In this document: positions 46,801-60,205 of the stretch, one piece after another
Layout of the letters: every line of letters begins with the position of its first letter
Numbering within the stretch: position 1 is the stretch's first letter
NCBI GenBank assembly: GCA_025594325.1
Contig: JANHCV010000006.1
Location: 992,001-1,056,000 of the forward strand
From: Blastocladiella emersonii ATCC 22665
Taxonomy: Eukaryota; Fungi; Blastocladiomycota
DNA length: 64,000 nucleotides
Direction: 5' to 3'
The notes under the pieces: model-generated
What the model saw: the letters and a program-made list of their open reading frames with translations, nothing else
Database searches by the model: none
What the model was told of the DNA's origin: nothing
Made by a program: the position numbers and the translations under genes

Positions 46801-49800
46801 GTCAGCGCGGTCCCCGCCGACGGCTCGACCGGCGACGGCAGCGTCGGCGGCGCGCCCGGCGTCATCCGCCGCCCGAGCATGGCCATCACGCTGTCCAAGG
46901 CCAACCTCGCCCTGCAGCGCACGCGGTCGCGCGTGCAGACGGTCGAGGAAGAGGACGAGGATTCGGGGAACCACGGCAGCGGCGGAGATGATGACGACGA
47001 GGACCACGCCGCCGAGTACGGCGAGGGGTACACGGCCGAACGCATCCCCGCCGTGTTCCCTGTCGCGTCCGGCACGCTCATGTCGCAGACCCCCGACACC
47101 GAGTTTCTCCTGCACGCGCCCGTGATCCTCGACATCGTCGAGCCGTCCCGCGCGCGCCGCGTCGCCGCCCGCATCGTCTCCATCAACAAGTGCTTCGAGC
47201 CCGTCGCCGTCAACAACGCCGGGTACCTCAGCCCCGGCGCGCGATTCAACCTCCATATCCGCCCGCGCAAGGCCAACCGCGGCGTGTCCAGCGAGTCGCG
47301 CCGTGCGAGCGTCATGCCCCCGGAAGCGGCGCTCTCGCGCGGTGCCAGCGCCACGTCGCTCGCCGGATCGCGCGGCAACCTCGCCGCGAGCCGTGGGTCG
47401 CTCTCGTCGGCCGCCGCCGCGCAGGCCATGTTCGGGACCGCTGTCGCCGCGAGCGACCCGCCGTCGCTCGGCGCGTCCTTCTCGAGCCGCGGCGGTGGCG
47501 GCGGTGGCGGGAACGTGCTCGACGTCAGCTCGCGGCTGTCGCTCGCGCAGGACCTCGACGCCATGGGCGAGGACGAGGAGGAGTGGATCACGGTGCAGCT
47601 GCAGGTCGAGGAGGACACGAGCGGGTCCGTCGAGGTGCTCCGCAGCTCGCAGTCGTCGCTCGTCCCGCCGCCCGTCGTCTCGTGCGGCCTGACGCAGGAC
47701 GGGACCGCCTTCTTCACGCCGCCGTGCAACCTGTCGCCGCTGCCCGTCGGGTACACGCGCCACGGCGAGGCGTTCTACGCCATGCCGCCGCCGCTCCGCC
47801 CGATCCCGGCCGGGCTGCTCGCCGACGGGAAGCGGTACTTCCACGCGGGCGCGGGCGCCGGCGTCGCGTGGGACTCGACGGCGGCCACGCCGCACGGGCT
47901 CGCCGGGTTCGACTACCGCGGGCAGCCCTACTTTGTGCCCAAGGGGTGCAAGATCCCGGCGCCGTCGGGGTACACGGCGTACGGCGTGCCGTACTACGAC
48001 ATCTCGACGATCCTGCTCGAGCGCGGGATTCTCATGGAGAACCGCGAGTACGCGCCGTCGGCCACGCTCAACTGGTCGCACCCGCTCAAGATGATCCAGA
48101 ACCAGACCACGGTCGCCGACTCGGACGCGGTGTGGCAGCCTGAGCCCGGCCACGAGTTTGCCGAGCCGCGCGGGATCCAGTTCATCCGCGAGCTCGAGGA
48201 CCTCGCGTACCTCCACCCGCCGGGCATCAAGACGGCGCTCGAGCCGGGCAGCCTCCACTTCCAGTCCGTGACGGGCGTCGTGACGCGGCCGTGCATCCTC
48301 AAGTTCCGCGCACTCCGCGGCGACCACAGCGAGCGCGACTACTTCTTCACCGTCGAGCCCATGGACGTGTTCTCGGTCGACGTGTTCCACGTCCGCCTGC
48401 AGGGCGAGGGTATGGTCCAGGTCAAGGTCTCGTGCCACTCGTCGCGCATCAAGTTCCAGCACGTCGAGGGCAGCCTGTCACTCATCGACGAGACGGGCCG
48501 CCGCCTCGTGTCGTGCAAGCTGACCGGCACGCGCAAGTCGTTTGTCCGTGTCTACCCGCTCTCGGTCCACTGCGGCTGGGTCATGCCCAACGCGTCGTCG
48601 ACGTTCAGCGTGACGTGCGAGAACATCAGCAACTCGCTCATCCACCTCGGGTTTCGCCGCCCGTCCAACTCGTTCTACATGGCCGAGGACACGCTCAAGC
48701 TGCAGAGCAAGGAGGCCAAGTCCATCAACGTCACGTTCGAGCCGCAGGTCGTCGGCGCGTACGACTCGATGATCCAGGTCGAGGCGCCCGGCGGCGAGAC
48801 CATCACGGTCCACGTCGCGGGCGTGTGCGGCGTCCCGCTCGCGCTGCACACGGAGAGCCCGCACGACTCGGCGCTCGGCCCCGACGTGCTCGCCCGCGAG
48901 CGGTCCTCGTTCGTCTCGCGCGTCTTCAAGCTGCTCGAGAGCGGCGAGTCGGTGCTCGCCGTCACGGAGCGGTTCCTGCACGGCAAGGACGAGCAGGACC
49001 TGTTCTCGTCGCTGCTGTACGCCATGGACCCCGTCGGCCGCCGCCGCAATAACCTGTGCATCGATTTCGGCCTGCTCGAGCTGCCCAAGTCGGACGGATC
49101 CGGCGGCGTGCTTCCCTCGGCCTCGCTCTGCCTCACGCTCTTCAACGTCTCGACCGAGCCGCTCACTTGCTCGCTCTTCTCGACGTCGACCGAGCTCGAG
49201 TTCGACCACCTCGTCCGCATCGCCCCGCACAAGGCCAACTCGGTGCGCATCGAGGTGCGCCCGCGGGTCACCGGCGAGTTCTGCGCCGTCATTGCCCTGA
49301 CGTGCCCAGGATTCGCGACCATCCCGTGTCTCGTCCGCGGATACGTCGGCTGCCCGGTCTTCATCGCCGCGCTCCCCTCAGTGTGGATGCCGCCGGCAGA
49401 GCCCAAGGGCATCGCCAGCGTCTCGCTGCCCGTCATCAACATGTCCAACGCGCCGGTCGAGGCGACCATCGAGATCACGAGCGCGTGCGGCCGCTTCCGC
49501 GTCGCCGGCGTGCCCATGCTCCCGGCCGGGATCGCGTCTACGCCGCTGCCCGCCATCACGAGCTCGTCCTCGACTGGAGCCGAGAGTGGGTCGACGGTCG
49601 TCGCCACGGTCCGCGTCGCGTCGTACAGCGTGCAGAACGTCGAGTTCGAGTGCACCGACATTGGCGAGTCGCTCGAGCGCGCGTTCGTGAACCTGTCCGT
49701 CGGCGCGCTGCGGTCCACGTCCATCACGCTGCTCTGCATGCCCATGTGGTTGGGACTCGTCAAGCAGGATCTCGAGTCGCTCGTGCACTGGATGCACCAA

Positions 49801-52800
49801 TCGACCCAGGCGGCGCCGCAGCCCCCGCACCACGCGCCTCCGCCGCTGATCAATAACGTGATGCGCGAAGCGCCACCCGCGGGTGCTGCGCCACGGCTCC
49901 GCCTACCGTGCGCCAAAATGGTCTCGCAGCAGCTCGTGTCGCTGTCCAACCCGGGCCCGCAGCCGATCCAGGCCCACCTCGTCCTGTCGCCCGGGTTCGC
50001 GATCGCGAAGCAGTCGAGCAGCGTTGTGCGCGTCAACCCGAGCGACTCGGTCCACCTCCAGTGCGCGTTCAAGACGGAATACGTGCTCGCGAACCACGGG
50101 TTCCTGCTCGCGTACGCCGAAAAGTACCTGCCGATCATGATCCCGCTCGTGTCGAGCCCGCTCCTCACCGTGTGCCCGCTGCCGACGGGCTCGACCAACG
50201 ACCTCGTGCTCGATTTCGGGACCATCGAGTCGGGCACCGCGCGGACCTCGCCGTGGTGCATCCGGTCCGCGCTCCTCGCCAATACGCGCGAATCGAGCGT
50301 CATGTGGACGTGCCGCATCATCACCAACCGCAGCCGTCACATCCCGTTCGACGTGCTGACGCCCGTCGGCGACCTGCGGCCGATGCAGTGCGAGCTGATC
50401 AAGTTCGACGTGAACGCGACGGTCCAGGGCACCTTCGACGCGACGTGCGAGCTCGTGGCAAAGGAGCACATGACGGCGCCCCCCGTCGTCGTCTGCTCCA
50501 TCATCCTGCGCGTCCACGTCGTGCTCACGCAGGTGCTCGGGATCCCGGACTCGTACGACTTTGGATCCTGCGTCGTCGGCAGCAACCAGTCTCACAGCTT
50601 CATCCTCGAGAACATCGGCAACGTCACGGCCAACGTCGCGCTGCTGCCCAAGAGCCCGTTCGACATCTCGCCGTCGTCCTTCGAGCTGCCGACCGGCGGC
50701 CAGCAGAGCGTCACGCTGACGTACTCGCCGACCGAGAGTTCCAAGGACTCGGTCAACCGCATCGCCTGCTTCATCAACCACAAGGTCGCGACCATCCGCG
50801 TCCTCGGCAAGTCGGGCTTCGTCGAGCTCGCCTCCAACAACCACCACAACCTGCTCGACTTCGGCTCGGTCTCGTCGACGTGCATCTCGTGGATGAACGT
50901 CTACGTGACGAACCGCGGCACGCTGCCGCTGCGCCTCGACCACATTGTCTCGCCGCGCCCCGAGATCCTGTCGCTCGAGCTCATCGGCCGCCAGCTCATG
51001 GTGCGCCCGTCGACGTACCGCGTCAAGCGCGACGGGTGGTCCATCCTCAAGAGCAAGATCAAGGCGCTCGCGCTCATCGGCCACTTTCTGCGACACAAGC
51101 TCAAGACGGTCGTCGCCCACGGCGCGTCGCCCGAGGCGTCCGTCAACCGCGCCACGGCCATGGCCGCGGCCTCGCGTGCGCGCCGCCAGCGGTTCCCGAT
51201 CGCCAAGGGCCCCGGCGTCAACCTGGCCGACCTCCTGGGCGGCGACGACGACCTGATCCTCGAGCCCATGAACAGCTTCCTGTTCCGCATCGGCTTCAGC
51301 ACCGTGCACCAGACGCGGCAGACGACCGAGCTCAGCTTCTACTACACGCCCGTCGTCTCCAACAAGGCCACGGCGACGAGCAAGAAGCTCACGTTCACGG
51401 TGACAGGGTTTATCTACCGCGTCCTCGACTTCCACCCGCACTCGATCGATTTTGGCCTCGTCCCTGTCGCGTTCGCGGCCACGTCGCTGCGCCAGGTGCT
51501 GGCCTCGTCCGGGTCCGAGTCGTCGGCGCAGCGGAACCGCAACGACGACAACATCCAGACGCTGCGCATCAGCAACATGAGCATCGAGACGCAGAGCATC
51601 TCGCTGCTCCTGTCCACGTCCAGCGGCAGCGCCAAGGTCATGGTCGGGAGCAACCACAACCTAAACGGCGGCAGCGGCGCCATCGCCCACCACACGCCGT
51701 CCACGGGCAGCAGCTCCAGCGCCAGTGGAAGCAGCAACAGCGGCGCAGGCACCATGCTCTCCGCGTTCCGGCTCGAGGGCCGTACGTGGACACTCGGTCC
51801 CGGCGAGTCGGTCCGCGTGCCAGTCAAGTTCCTCCCCGCGAAACCGCAGACGCAGTACCGCGGTGAGGCGCTGCTGCAGCACAGCCACGGCATCACGATC
51901 GTGCGCTTCAGCGGGACGGGCGCGAGTGCCGAGATCGTGCACGGCACGCGTGTGAACTTTGGCGCCGTGTCCATGAACCAACAGGGCCGCGCCAAGCTCG
52001 TCGTGTACAACAAGGGCCTGCTGCCCGCCGTCGTGCACTGCCAGATGATGGAGGCCGGCGTGTTCCGCTTCGACAGCTCGGACCCGTTCGACCTGGAGCG
52101 CGTGCTTGAGGCCGGCAGCGCCATGGACGTGAACCTCGTGTGTATGTGTACGCAGCAGATCCCGTCCATCGTCTCGACCATGCGCGTCAACTGGCGTCGC
52201 TCGCCACACGAGCCCACCGAGTCGACCGAGGTCGTGCTGTCCGTCGACGTCGGGTACCCCATGTTCGCCGTCGACCAGATGGAGCTCGATTTCGGCGTCA
52301 CGTACACCAAGAACGTGCAGGAGCTGCGGATCCGCAACGACGGCAACGCGGCGTGCAACTGGTCCATTGCGCCCAACATGTACCTGCGATTCAACCACCA
52401 GATGGGCGTCCTGCTGCCACAGTCGGCCGAGACCATCGAGGTCGTGTTCCAGCCGACGTGCTTCGACCCGCTCGAGGCCAACGTCGAGTTCATCACGGAC
52501 GCCGGCACCAAGGTCGTGCTCGCGTACGGCATCGTCGGAATCCCGTACCTCAAGATCCCCGAGGAGTACATGCTCGTTGACTTTGGAATCATCGAGATTG
52601 ACGAGGACCACGTCCTCGAGGTGCCGTTCGCCAACACGGGCGCCAAGCAGATCGAGTACTCGCTCGAGCTCCACCACCACGCGTCCAGCGATGAGGCGCC
52701 CGTGTTCAGCATCTCGCCCGACCGCGGGTACATTGACGGCAACTCGACGGTGACCATCACCATCACGGCGCGGCCGTCTGTGTTTGCGCGCGTCTCCTCG

Positions 52801-55800
52801 TGCACGTGGATCGTGCGCACCACGGACGGCGAGCGTTATGACGGCGGCATCTCGTGCGTCGGCGGCCAGGCCATTGTAATCATGAGCAAGCTCTTTGACT
52901 CCGACAGCCGGCCCAGCACGGGCCTGCCCATCGACGATCCGTCCGCGCCGCCGCAGGAGCCGGCCGAGGACCCGGCGTCGCGCGCCCGCACGGCCACCGA
53001 GCGCTTCGTCTCGCAGGCCAGCGTCGCCATGAAGGAGCACGTCTCGACACTCAAGGACATCACCATCAACCTGTCGTCGGACGACGCCAAGGAGCTCGAG
53101 GCGCAGGTCCGCGCGCTTGACCAGCTGCGCCAGACCAAGGCCAAGCAGAGCCTGACCACGCTCGGCACGCCGCCTTCGCGGCCCGGCAGCAACCAGCGGC
53201 CGGGGTCCACGCGCACGCCGCCGCAGCGACTCTATACGCCCGCGTCCGGCACGACCACGCCCAACGGCGGACCTCGCGCGCCACCTCGCTCGCGCTCGCC
53301 GCTGCAGAACATGGTTTCGCGCGGCGACGACCTCGGCGGCAGCCCGACCTCGCCGCTTCCGCCAATCGGCGGACCCAACGGCTCGCGGCCGGGAACCTCG
53401 TCGCGACCAGGCACGCAGCAGTCGATGGCGCGGCAGCGGTGGATGGAGGGCACCCTGTTCAACCTGCGCGACGTGCAGAAGCCCATCGACGAGCTGTACA
53501 CTAAGGGCGAGGAGCTGTTCCGCCGCCTGTCGGCGCAGTTCCGCCAGCTCACCGGGCAGGGCTCGGCCGATGGCGCCGCGCAAGACGGCGGCCACGATGC
53601 GGACTCGCACACGGCCGCAGCCGCGAGCCGAGACCGGTTTGGCAGCAGCTCCATGGCGTCCATGTCGTCCATGATGGACGGCGCCTCGAGCAACGCGGCA
53701 TCGACGGACGAGCTGCACCTGCGCAATCGGACGCCGCACAGCCGCCTACACACGCGCGGCGACCCGTCGCACCGTCCAGTGACGCCGCTCGAGCTCCAGC
53801 AGCACATCGAGGAGACGAAGCGCGCGACCGAGCTGCTCCAGCAGCACATTCCGCACGTCACCGAGAGCAAGCACGTCCACATCCTCGCGGACGCCGTCGA
53901 CCACATTGTCTCGTCAACGCGCCGCCTCGAGCAGGCGCTGTACGTGCCCGACGAGCCGGCTCAGTCGGCCGCGCCGTCCGCCGCGTCGAGAAACCGCATC
54001 AAGAAGACGTTCGACCTCGGTCTGCTCAAGGGCGGCGACCACCTCGAGGACTACGCGCTCTTCGACCTCCCGAACATGGGCAACATGCCGTTCCCGTTCA
54101 CGACCACGGTGACGCCGGCCAGCATGCGGCCGTACTTCTCGGTCAAGCCCGTGTCGCACGTCGTGCAGCCCGGCACACGCGTCCCGATCACGCTCACATT
54201 CCAGGCCATGGACGAGGGCGACTACGCCGTCGAGATCGCGATCGTGAGCAAGGAGCAGACCATCATCGCGGTCGCGGCCAAGGCCAAGGTCGGCATCCCG
54301 AAGATCGAGGTGCAGCAGGGCCCGCTCAAGTTTGGGCTAGTGCTGCGCGGTACCTCGGCCGTGCTCCCTTTCACGATCCGCAACGTCGGCTCGTACCGCG
54401 ACTCGGTCGATCTGGTCCTCGACTCGCCGTCGTTTGCACTCGAGTGGACCGGTCGCGCGGCTCGGCTTCAGCCGGGCACCGAGATCCAGGTCCCCATCAA
54501 GTTCACGCCGCGCACCGCCGAGGCGTTCACGGCCAAGTGGATGATCTTCCCGCTCTCGCAGGCGCCGTTCCCCGTCATCCTCGAGGGCGAGGGCGCCGCG
54601 CCCGAGATCAAGGCCACGCCGACGCGCTTGTCGTTTGGCAGCGTGTTTGTCGGCGTCGCCAAGCGCATGTCCGTCCAGCTCGCCAACAACGGCAACTGGG
54701 AGGCGATCCTGCTTCCGCGTCTCACGAACCCGCTGTTCAGCCTGCATGTCGGCGACAAGGCGCTGCTCCCCGGCGACATGTTCACGATTGCAGCTCGCTC
54801 AACGGCTGCACTCGACGTCACAATGCAGGCCGCGGAACGCGCCGACGTGACCGCGAACCTGGTCATCGAGGAGACGCTGACAAAGGAGCGCGCCACGGTG
54901 CAGCTGACCGGGTTCACGGGCAAGTTTGACGCGCTGGTCGAGGGCGAGCTCAACTTTGGCAACCTGCGCGTCGAGGAACTCGCGTCGCGCCCGCTCGTGG
55001 TCAAGAACGCGGGCGACTTTGCCGCCGTCGTCCGGTGCACGCTCGAGCCCGCCGAGCTCGCCGACGCCTTCACCGTCACGCGCAACGACAAGCTCATGGC
55101 CATCAATGCCAAGGGCGCGAGCGGCGCTGACGAGGAGATTGCCGCGGGCGCGGAGCTCACGCTCACCGTCAACACGTGCCCCAAGTCGTCGCGCACCATC
55201 ACGGGCGCGCTCACGGTCCTGGTCAGCTGCACCGTCGACGGCACCGTGCAAGAGCGGTCGTTCGAGTACCCGTTCTCGTTCTACGCATTCGACAACCCCG
55301 TCGTTGTCGACAACCACGAGGCGAGCATCGATATCGGCGTGTGGGCCGTCGGCAAGGCCACCGAGTGGTCGCTTAGCTCGACCAACTTTGACAACCAGCC
55401 TGTCGTCGTGCGCGCGCGCATCGAGCCGCTCCCGCCGCCCGCGCCTGCACCAGCTCCCGGCGCAGCCGCTGCTGCTCCTGCCCCCGAAGCACCCGCTGCC
55501 AAGGGCAAGGAGAAGGCGGGCGGTAAGAAGCCAGCGGGCAAGAAGAAGAAGGACGCGGCCGCGGACGCCAAGGCCGCGGAAAAGGAGGTCGAGAAGGCGC
55601 CCGTGTACCAGTCGTGCTGGACGCTGCCGATGCCGCAGATGACGCTCGAGACGGGCCAGTCGGGCATGATCAAGGCCGTATTCGCCGCGTCGGACGCACC
55701 CGAGATGACGCAGGACGCGATCTTGTGGGTCGAGTTCACCAACGACGGCGGCAAGACGTACGTCCCGCTGCATCGGTACCTGCTCAAGGGCAAGAGCGGC

Positions 55801-58619
55801 CGGCCCAAGGTCGAGATCAGCACGCCGAGCATCGACTTTGGCTTCGTCCCGTGCGGCTGCTCCGAGGTCCGCGACGTGGTGCTCACCAACACGGGCACGG
55901 CGAGCACCGAATGGGAGGTCGAGAAGGGCTGGTCCAACGACGACATTTTCACTCTCGTCGAATGTCCGAGCGAGGGCGTGATCCACCCGGGCGACGCGAT
56001 CACGCTGCGCGTCCAGTTCAACGCCAGCGTCACGTTCGAGTTCTCGTCCGAGATTACGGTGGCCGTCAGCGGTGCCGAGGAGAAGCTCAAGCTCGCGCTC
56101 CACGGCCAGGGTTGCGTGTACCGCATCTACGCGCCGGGCTTGCCTAAGGACGTGCAGCTCGCTGGCCAGATCCACGGCCGTGAGGCCGCGCAATTCTCGT
56201 TCCCGATCGCCAACGACTGCGTGTTCAACGTGCCGCTCGAGTTCTCGATCGAGTGCGCCGAGCACCCGGACATGGTTAACTACCTGACCATCAGCCCGCC
56301 GCAGATGACGCTGCTTGGTAACATGGCGGCCGAGGTGTCGGCAGGTGCGCGGCAGACTCTGACCGCGACGCTGTCCATGGCGCCGGTCCTCACCACGTCC
56401 ATCGACCAGGTCGCGCAGCTCGCTACGTCCGGCCTGCGGTACCTCGTCTTTGTGCGCAGCACTAGCCTCTCGGACGTTTACACGATTCCGGTCCGCGTCG
56501 AGTTCCTCGCCAATACCCTGTCCGTGGACACGGGTACCGTCGCGCTTGGCGACGTGCCGTTCGATGCGCAGCACGTGGACGCACCCGTTGCGATCCACAA
56601 CCCGAACCCGTTCCCGCTGCCCGTCACCATCGCGTCATCGCACCCCATGGTTCTCACCAACATGACCAGCGTCGAGATTGGCCCCGAGTCGTCGGTGGAC
56701 CTCGTCCTCACGCTGATCCCCAAGGAGTACGCCAACGAGGCCGAGATCCCAGCGGCGCTCACGGTCGCGGCGACGATCACGGTGACGTGCACGCAGCTCG
56801 GCCAGTCGGACACGGTCGAGTTCACGGCGCGCATGGTCGACGTGAACGAGCCGCCCGAGTTCCCGGACATTGACTTTGGTCCCGTCTTCATTGCGACGGC
56901 CAAGGAGAAGCCGCTGTCGTTCAAGAACTGGGGCCGGCGGCCGCTTGACTACCAGATCATGCTGCCAAGTGGGGACCTCACCTCGACTGGCTTTGAGCCA
57001 CCGCAGCAGTCGCTGCTCAAGGGCACCGTCGCGTCGCGGTCGAACATCGAGATCCCGTTCGTGTTCCGGCCGACGCGCGCGGCGGCGGCGCAAATGGCCA
57101 TCACGCTGGTCACGTCGCTCGGCGCCTTCTCGTTCTCGATTCTCGCAACGGGTATCTCGCCGACGGTCGCCATGTCGCCTGCTGTCCTCGATTTCGGGCT
57201 GATCGGTGTCGGGTTCCCCGAGACCCGCCCGATCACGGTCAAGAACGAGTCGCCGTTGCCCGTCTACCTGGCCCTCAAGCTCACGACGGTCGGTTCGCGG
57301 CCATCATCCGCCTCGGGCGGACCCAGCAGCAACACTCTCGCCCCGCCATCCAGCGCTGGCGGTGAGATGTCGTCGCGGCCGTTCACGCCGTCGCCGACGA
57401 CGGTGTTCCGGTTCCCGCCAACGCTGCACCTCGAGGCCGGGCAGACCGAGACTATCGATGTCGAGTTCCACCCGCTCGCGCCGGACCTGATCATGGAGAC
57501 CAAGATCGTGGTCACGACACTTGGCTCGACCGTCGCGACGAGCGATGTGCGCGGGCGCACGGGCCGGTTCGGGCTCAAGACGACCACGGACCCGCCAATC
57601 CTCACGTTTGCGCCTGTCGAGGTCATGGAGCTCGCGACCACGGCCGTCGAGTTTGTCAACACGGGCGAGATCCCGGTGCTCGTCGCGTTCGCCGACGACA
57701 ACGGCGAGCCCATGAAGCCCGGTAAGGAGCTCGTGGGCAAGAACAACATTGCGTCGTTCGGGTGCAAACCCGCGTCGCACTCGCTCGATCCCGGCCAGTC
57801 GGCCAAGTTCACGCTCAGCGTCACGGGCATGCGCGACGGCGCCGACGAGCGCGCCATCAAGTTTGTGACGCCCAATCTCGTCAACCCGGTGACGTTTGAG
57901 TTTGCGGCAACGGCCACCGTCAACCGCGCGGTGGATATCCGCAACCTGCAGTCGTTCTCCAAGGTGCGCCGCCTCGCTCTCGGTTCACACAGATGCGGCA
58001 ACTAACACTTGCGATGTAGGCGGACTCATCCATTGACGAGAAGCTGTCCATGGACGTGATCGAGCGGCCCAAGTTCAAGTCGGATGAGGGCATCTGGCGC
58101 GTCCTGCTGCCCATGGTCAAGATCAACGCCAAGACGCCAGGTCTGGACGGCGAACCGCTCCCCATCATCCCCGCCATCGAGGTACGCTCATGGCTGAGTA
58201 TGCCTCCGCTGTCCCGCTCGCTCACACACCTTCAACTGTAGCCGCATCTTGGATTCGGGTCCATTGTTCACCAGCTCGTGCGCCCGCCAGCAATTCCATC
58301 TGCACAGCTCCCTGCCGACACGCTAACCCTGTCGGGCGGCCTGGTCAGCAAGCAGGCGGGTGCGTCCCGGACCTCGCTCATGCAGCAGCGCACGATGGGC
58401 GGCGGCGGACTCAAGCGCGGGCAGATGCGCACGGCGACGCAGGGATCCGACACAGCGGCTCCGAACACTACCACCGTCGATCCGACCGCGTCCATTGTCC
58501 CAGCGGTTCTCGCACGCATGCAGAGCCAGCGCGAAGCGCTCGCGGCACTCGCACCGCTTGAGCGCAGCGTGTTCGGCAAGCACGGCGGGGATCGGCGGCA
58601 AGCGAACCGGTACAAGTGA
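43827..58619 (+). CDS. Giant (~4,850 aa) protein with a helical N-terminal region and many ASH/PapD-like Ig domains (Hydin/CFAP47/CFAP65-like superfamily), 5 exons (43827-44393, 44455-45750, 45817-57963, 58020-58181, 58242-58619)
   Basis: Four 56-66 nt GT-AG introns join all frames in phase. Recurrent (L/I/Y)(D/N/S/K)FG-x-V/I...(L/I)-x-N-x-G...F/W...P-x-x-G-x-(L/I)-x-PG...(V/I)-x-F-x-P motifs, e.g. LDFGTI, YDFGSC, LDFGSV, VNFGAV, LDFGVT, VDFGII, LKFGLV, LSFGSV, LNFGNL, IDFGFV, IDFGPV, LDFGLI. Confidence 0.88.
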
Positions 58620-59029
58620 GGAAAGGGCGGAGCGCTGACGGAACTTCCCAAATTTTGTAAAACATACAAGTCAAGGACTTTGCGCGATTATTCGCGGGTT
58701 CAGACGTTCGGTTGGATCGAAGAGAGTGTACCAGGCCGACGTGAGAGTGTTGTCGCTTCCGCGCGACCAAGTGGCGGCCGCTTGAGTGAGCAAGCAATCT
58801 CTCGTTCATTGTTTCGCACAATTGTCTATGCAAAGATCAGGTGAAGCTGCCACCGTACAAGATGTTGGGAAGCGGGCAGGAGCGAGCCAGCAAGCATAGT
58901 GATCCGACGCGTGCTTAGCGGTCACGCGGACGTGAACGTCACGTCGCTGGCTATGACTCGAAGCTCGCCCACGTGACTCGACTTAGCTGCTTGATTTCAA
59001 GGTGCATCGGAAACATTTCTCTGAGGGCA

Positions 59030-59290
59030 GATCCGTGATTAGCGACCTTCAGAGGCCCGGAATACGTGAAAATATCCGAGTCGAGGTGTCGGGGTACCGA
59101 GAACTCGTCCGACCGTGCAAAGTTGAAAAAAACTTTCAGTTTGGTCGCTCGGACGAAAAAGGCACTTAAAGCTTAGCTTCTTGAATTGAGTCACATATCC
59201 GACCCGGCTCAAATTGCACATACGGCTCTGATATGTCGGACGAGCAATTTTAGTGGTGCTCCCGCAATTATTAGATTTAATTTGCGGGGC
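59030..59290. repeat. AT-rich island with nested inverted repeats (possible MITE-like relic or structured RNA)
   Basis: tcgtccga (59105-59112) / tcggacga (59149-59156) enclose aaagtt / aacttt. ctcgtccgac (59104) / gtcggacgag (59235), aaattgc / gcaattt and cccgcaa / ttgcggg are also inverted pairs. Confidence 0.35.
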
Positions 59291-60205
59291 GTGGGAGGGG
59301 TTGGCGACTTAGCCTTCTAAATCGGCCGTCAGCCGACGGCTGTGTCATGCTGAAACGCGACGCGCGGTGGCGCCGGTTCGCCGGTTCGTTCGTCATCCCG
59401 CTCGTTCTCCGCCATGACGGTCGCATACCATGTATCTTATGCAAATGACTCGCTGCAATGTAACTGCGCACCACTTGCCGCGACGCCGGTCATCATCAGG
59501 CGGGGTCTTGCCGCACCTGTCCCTACCCGGCCCCGGCCGTACAGGTCGCCGATCGGTACCAGTATGTTACGCGGCCCCTTCTACGCTGCGATGTGCGTGA
59601 TGACGGGAACCTCAACCACGATGCATCGAGTAGCCGCACGAGCGATGGGGCTCAAACGCGACCAAGGCAGCGAGGCGTCGATGCCATGCTCAATGCGCGT
59701 CTGCTGGGCTTCGTGTGTGCCGCCGAAGCGACGCTTGCCCGCCGTCAACGCCGACGGCAAGCCCCTGCTCGGGTCCGCGCACGGCCTGCTTTTCCGCGCG
59801 CATCGTGGCTCATCTCGACGCGACCACCAGCTGCTGTCTGAGCCCCGCGGATCGCGCGAAACCGCTGCTTCCACGAATCCGCCGCGTGCAACGTCTAGCC
59901 GTTTGTGTCTTCCTCTTCCGTCATTGGGCGCACGTACACGTCCAACGAGCTTCTCCACCACCGGCGCGCCGTCGCTCGTGCGCACGCCCATCATTGACCA
60001 CCTCAACGTGTGGCCGGTTCAACGGCGAGAGCGGGTTTCTGTCTCATCATACCGCCAACTTCACGCCACCCACGACTCGAAGCCGGCTGCGCGATCCTCG
60101 TCCTTGTCACTGCCGCTCTACATCGCTACGCCGCTGCATTCGCCGCGTCGACCGGGCCTGCTTGGCCATGGAACCGACACGGCTGCGCGCCGCCATCAAC
60201 GCCGC

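Noticed and set aside
46291-56598. Long antisense and off-frame ORFs (e.g. 46291-48462, 49903-51657, 51661-53739, 54799-56598) as overlapping genes
   Set aside because: Typical shadow frames of high-GC3 coding sequence: Arg/Gly/Ala-rich, no motifs. The same applies to most ORFs in the track.
43827-58619. Calling the giant protein HYDIN
   Set aside because: Size and ASH repeats fit, but I could not see the Hydin kinase-like P-loop region, and the N-terminal architecture differs. Orthology needs a search.
59250-59290. Helitron 3' end at the cccgcaa/ttgcggg hairpin
   Set aside because: A CTAA follows on the minus strand, but the next base is not T and no 5' TC end or Rep/helicase remnant is seen.
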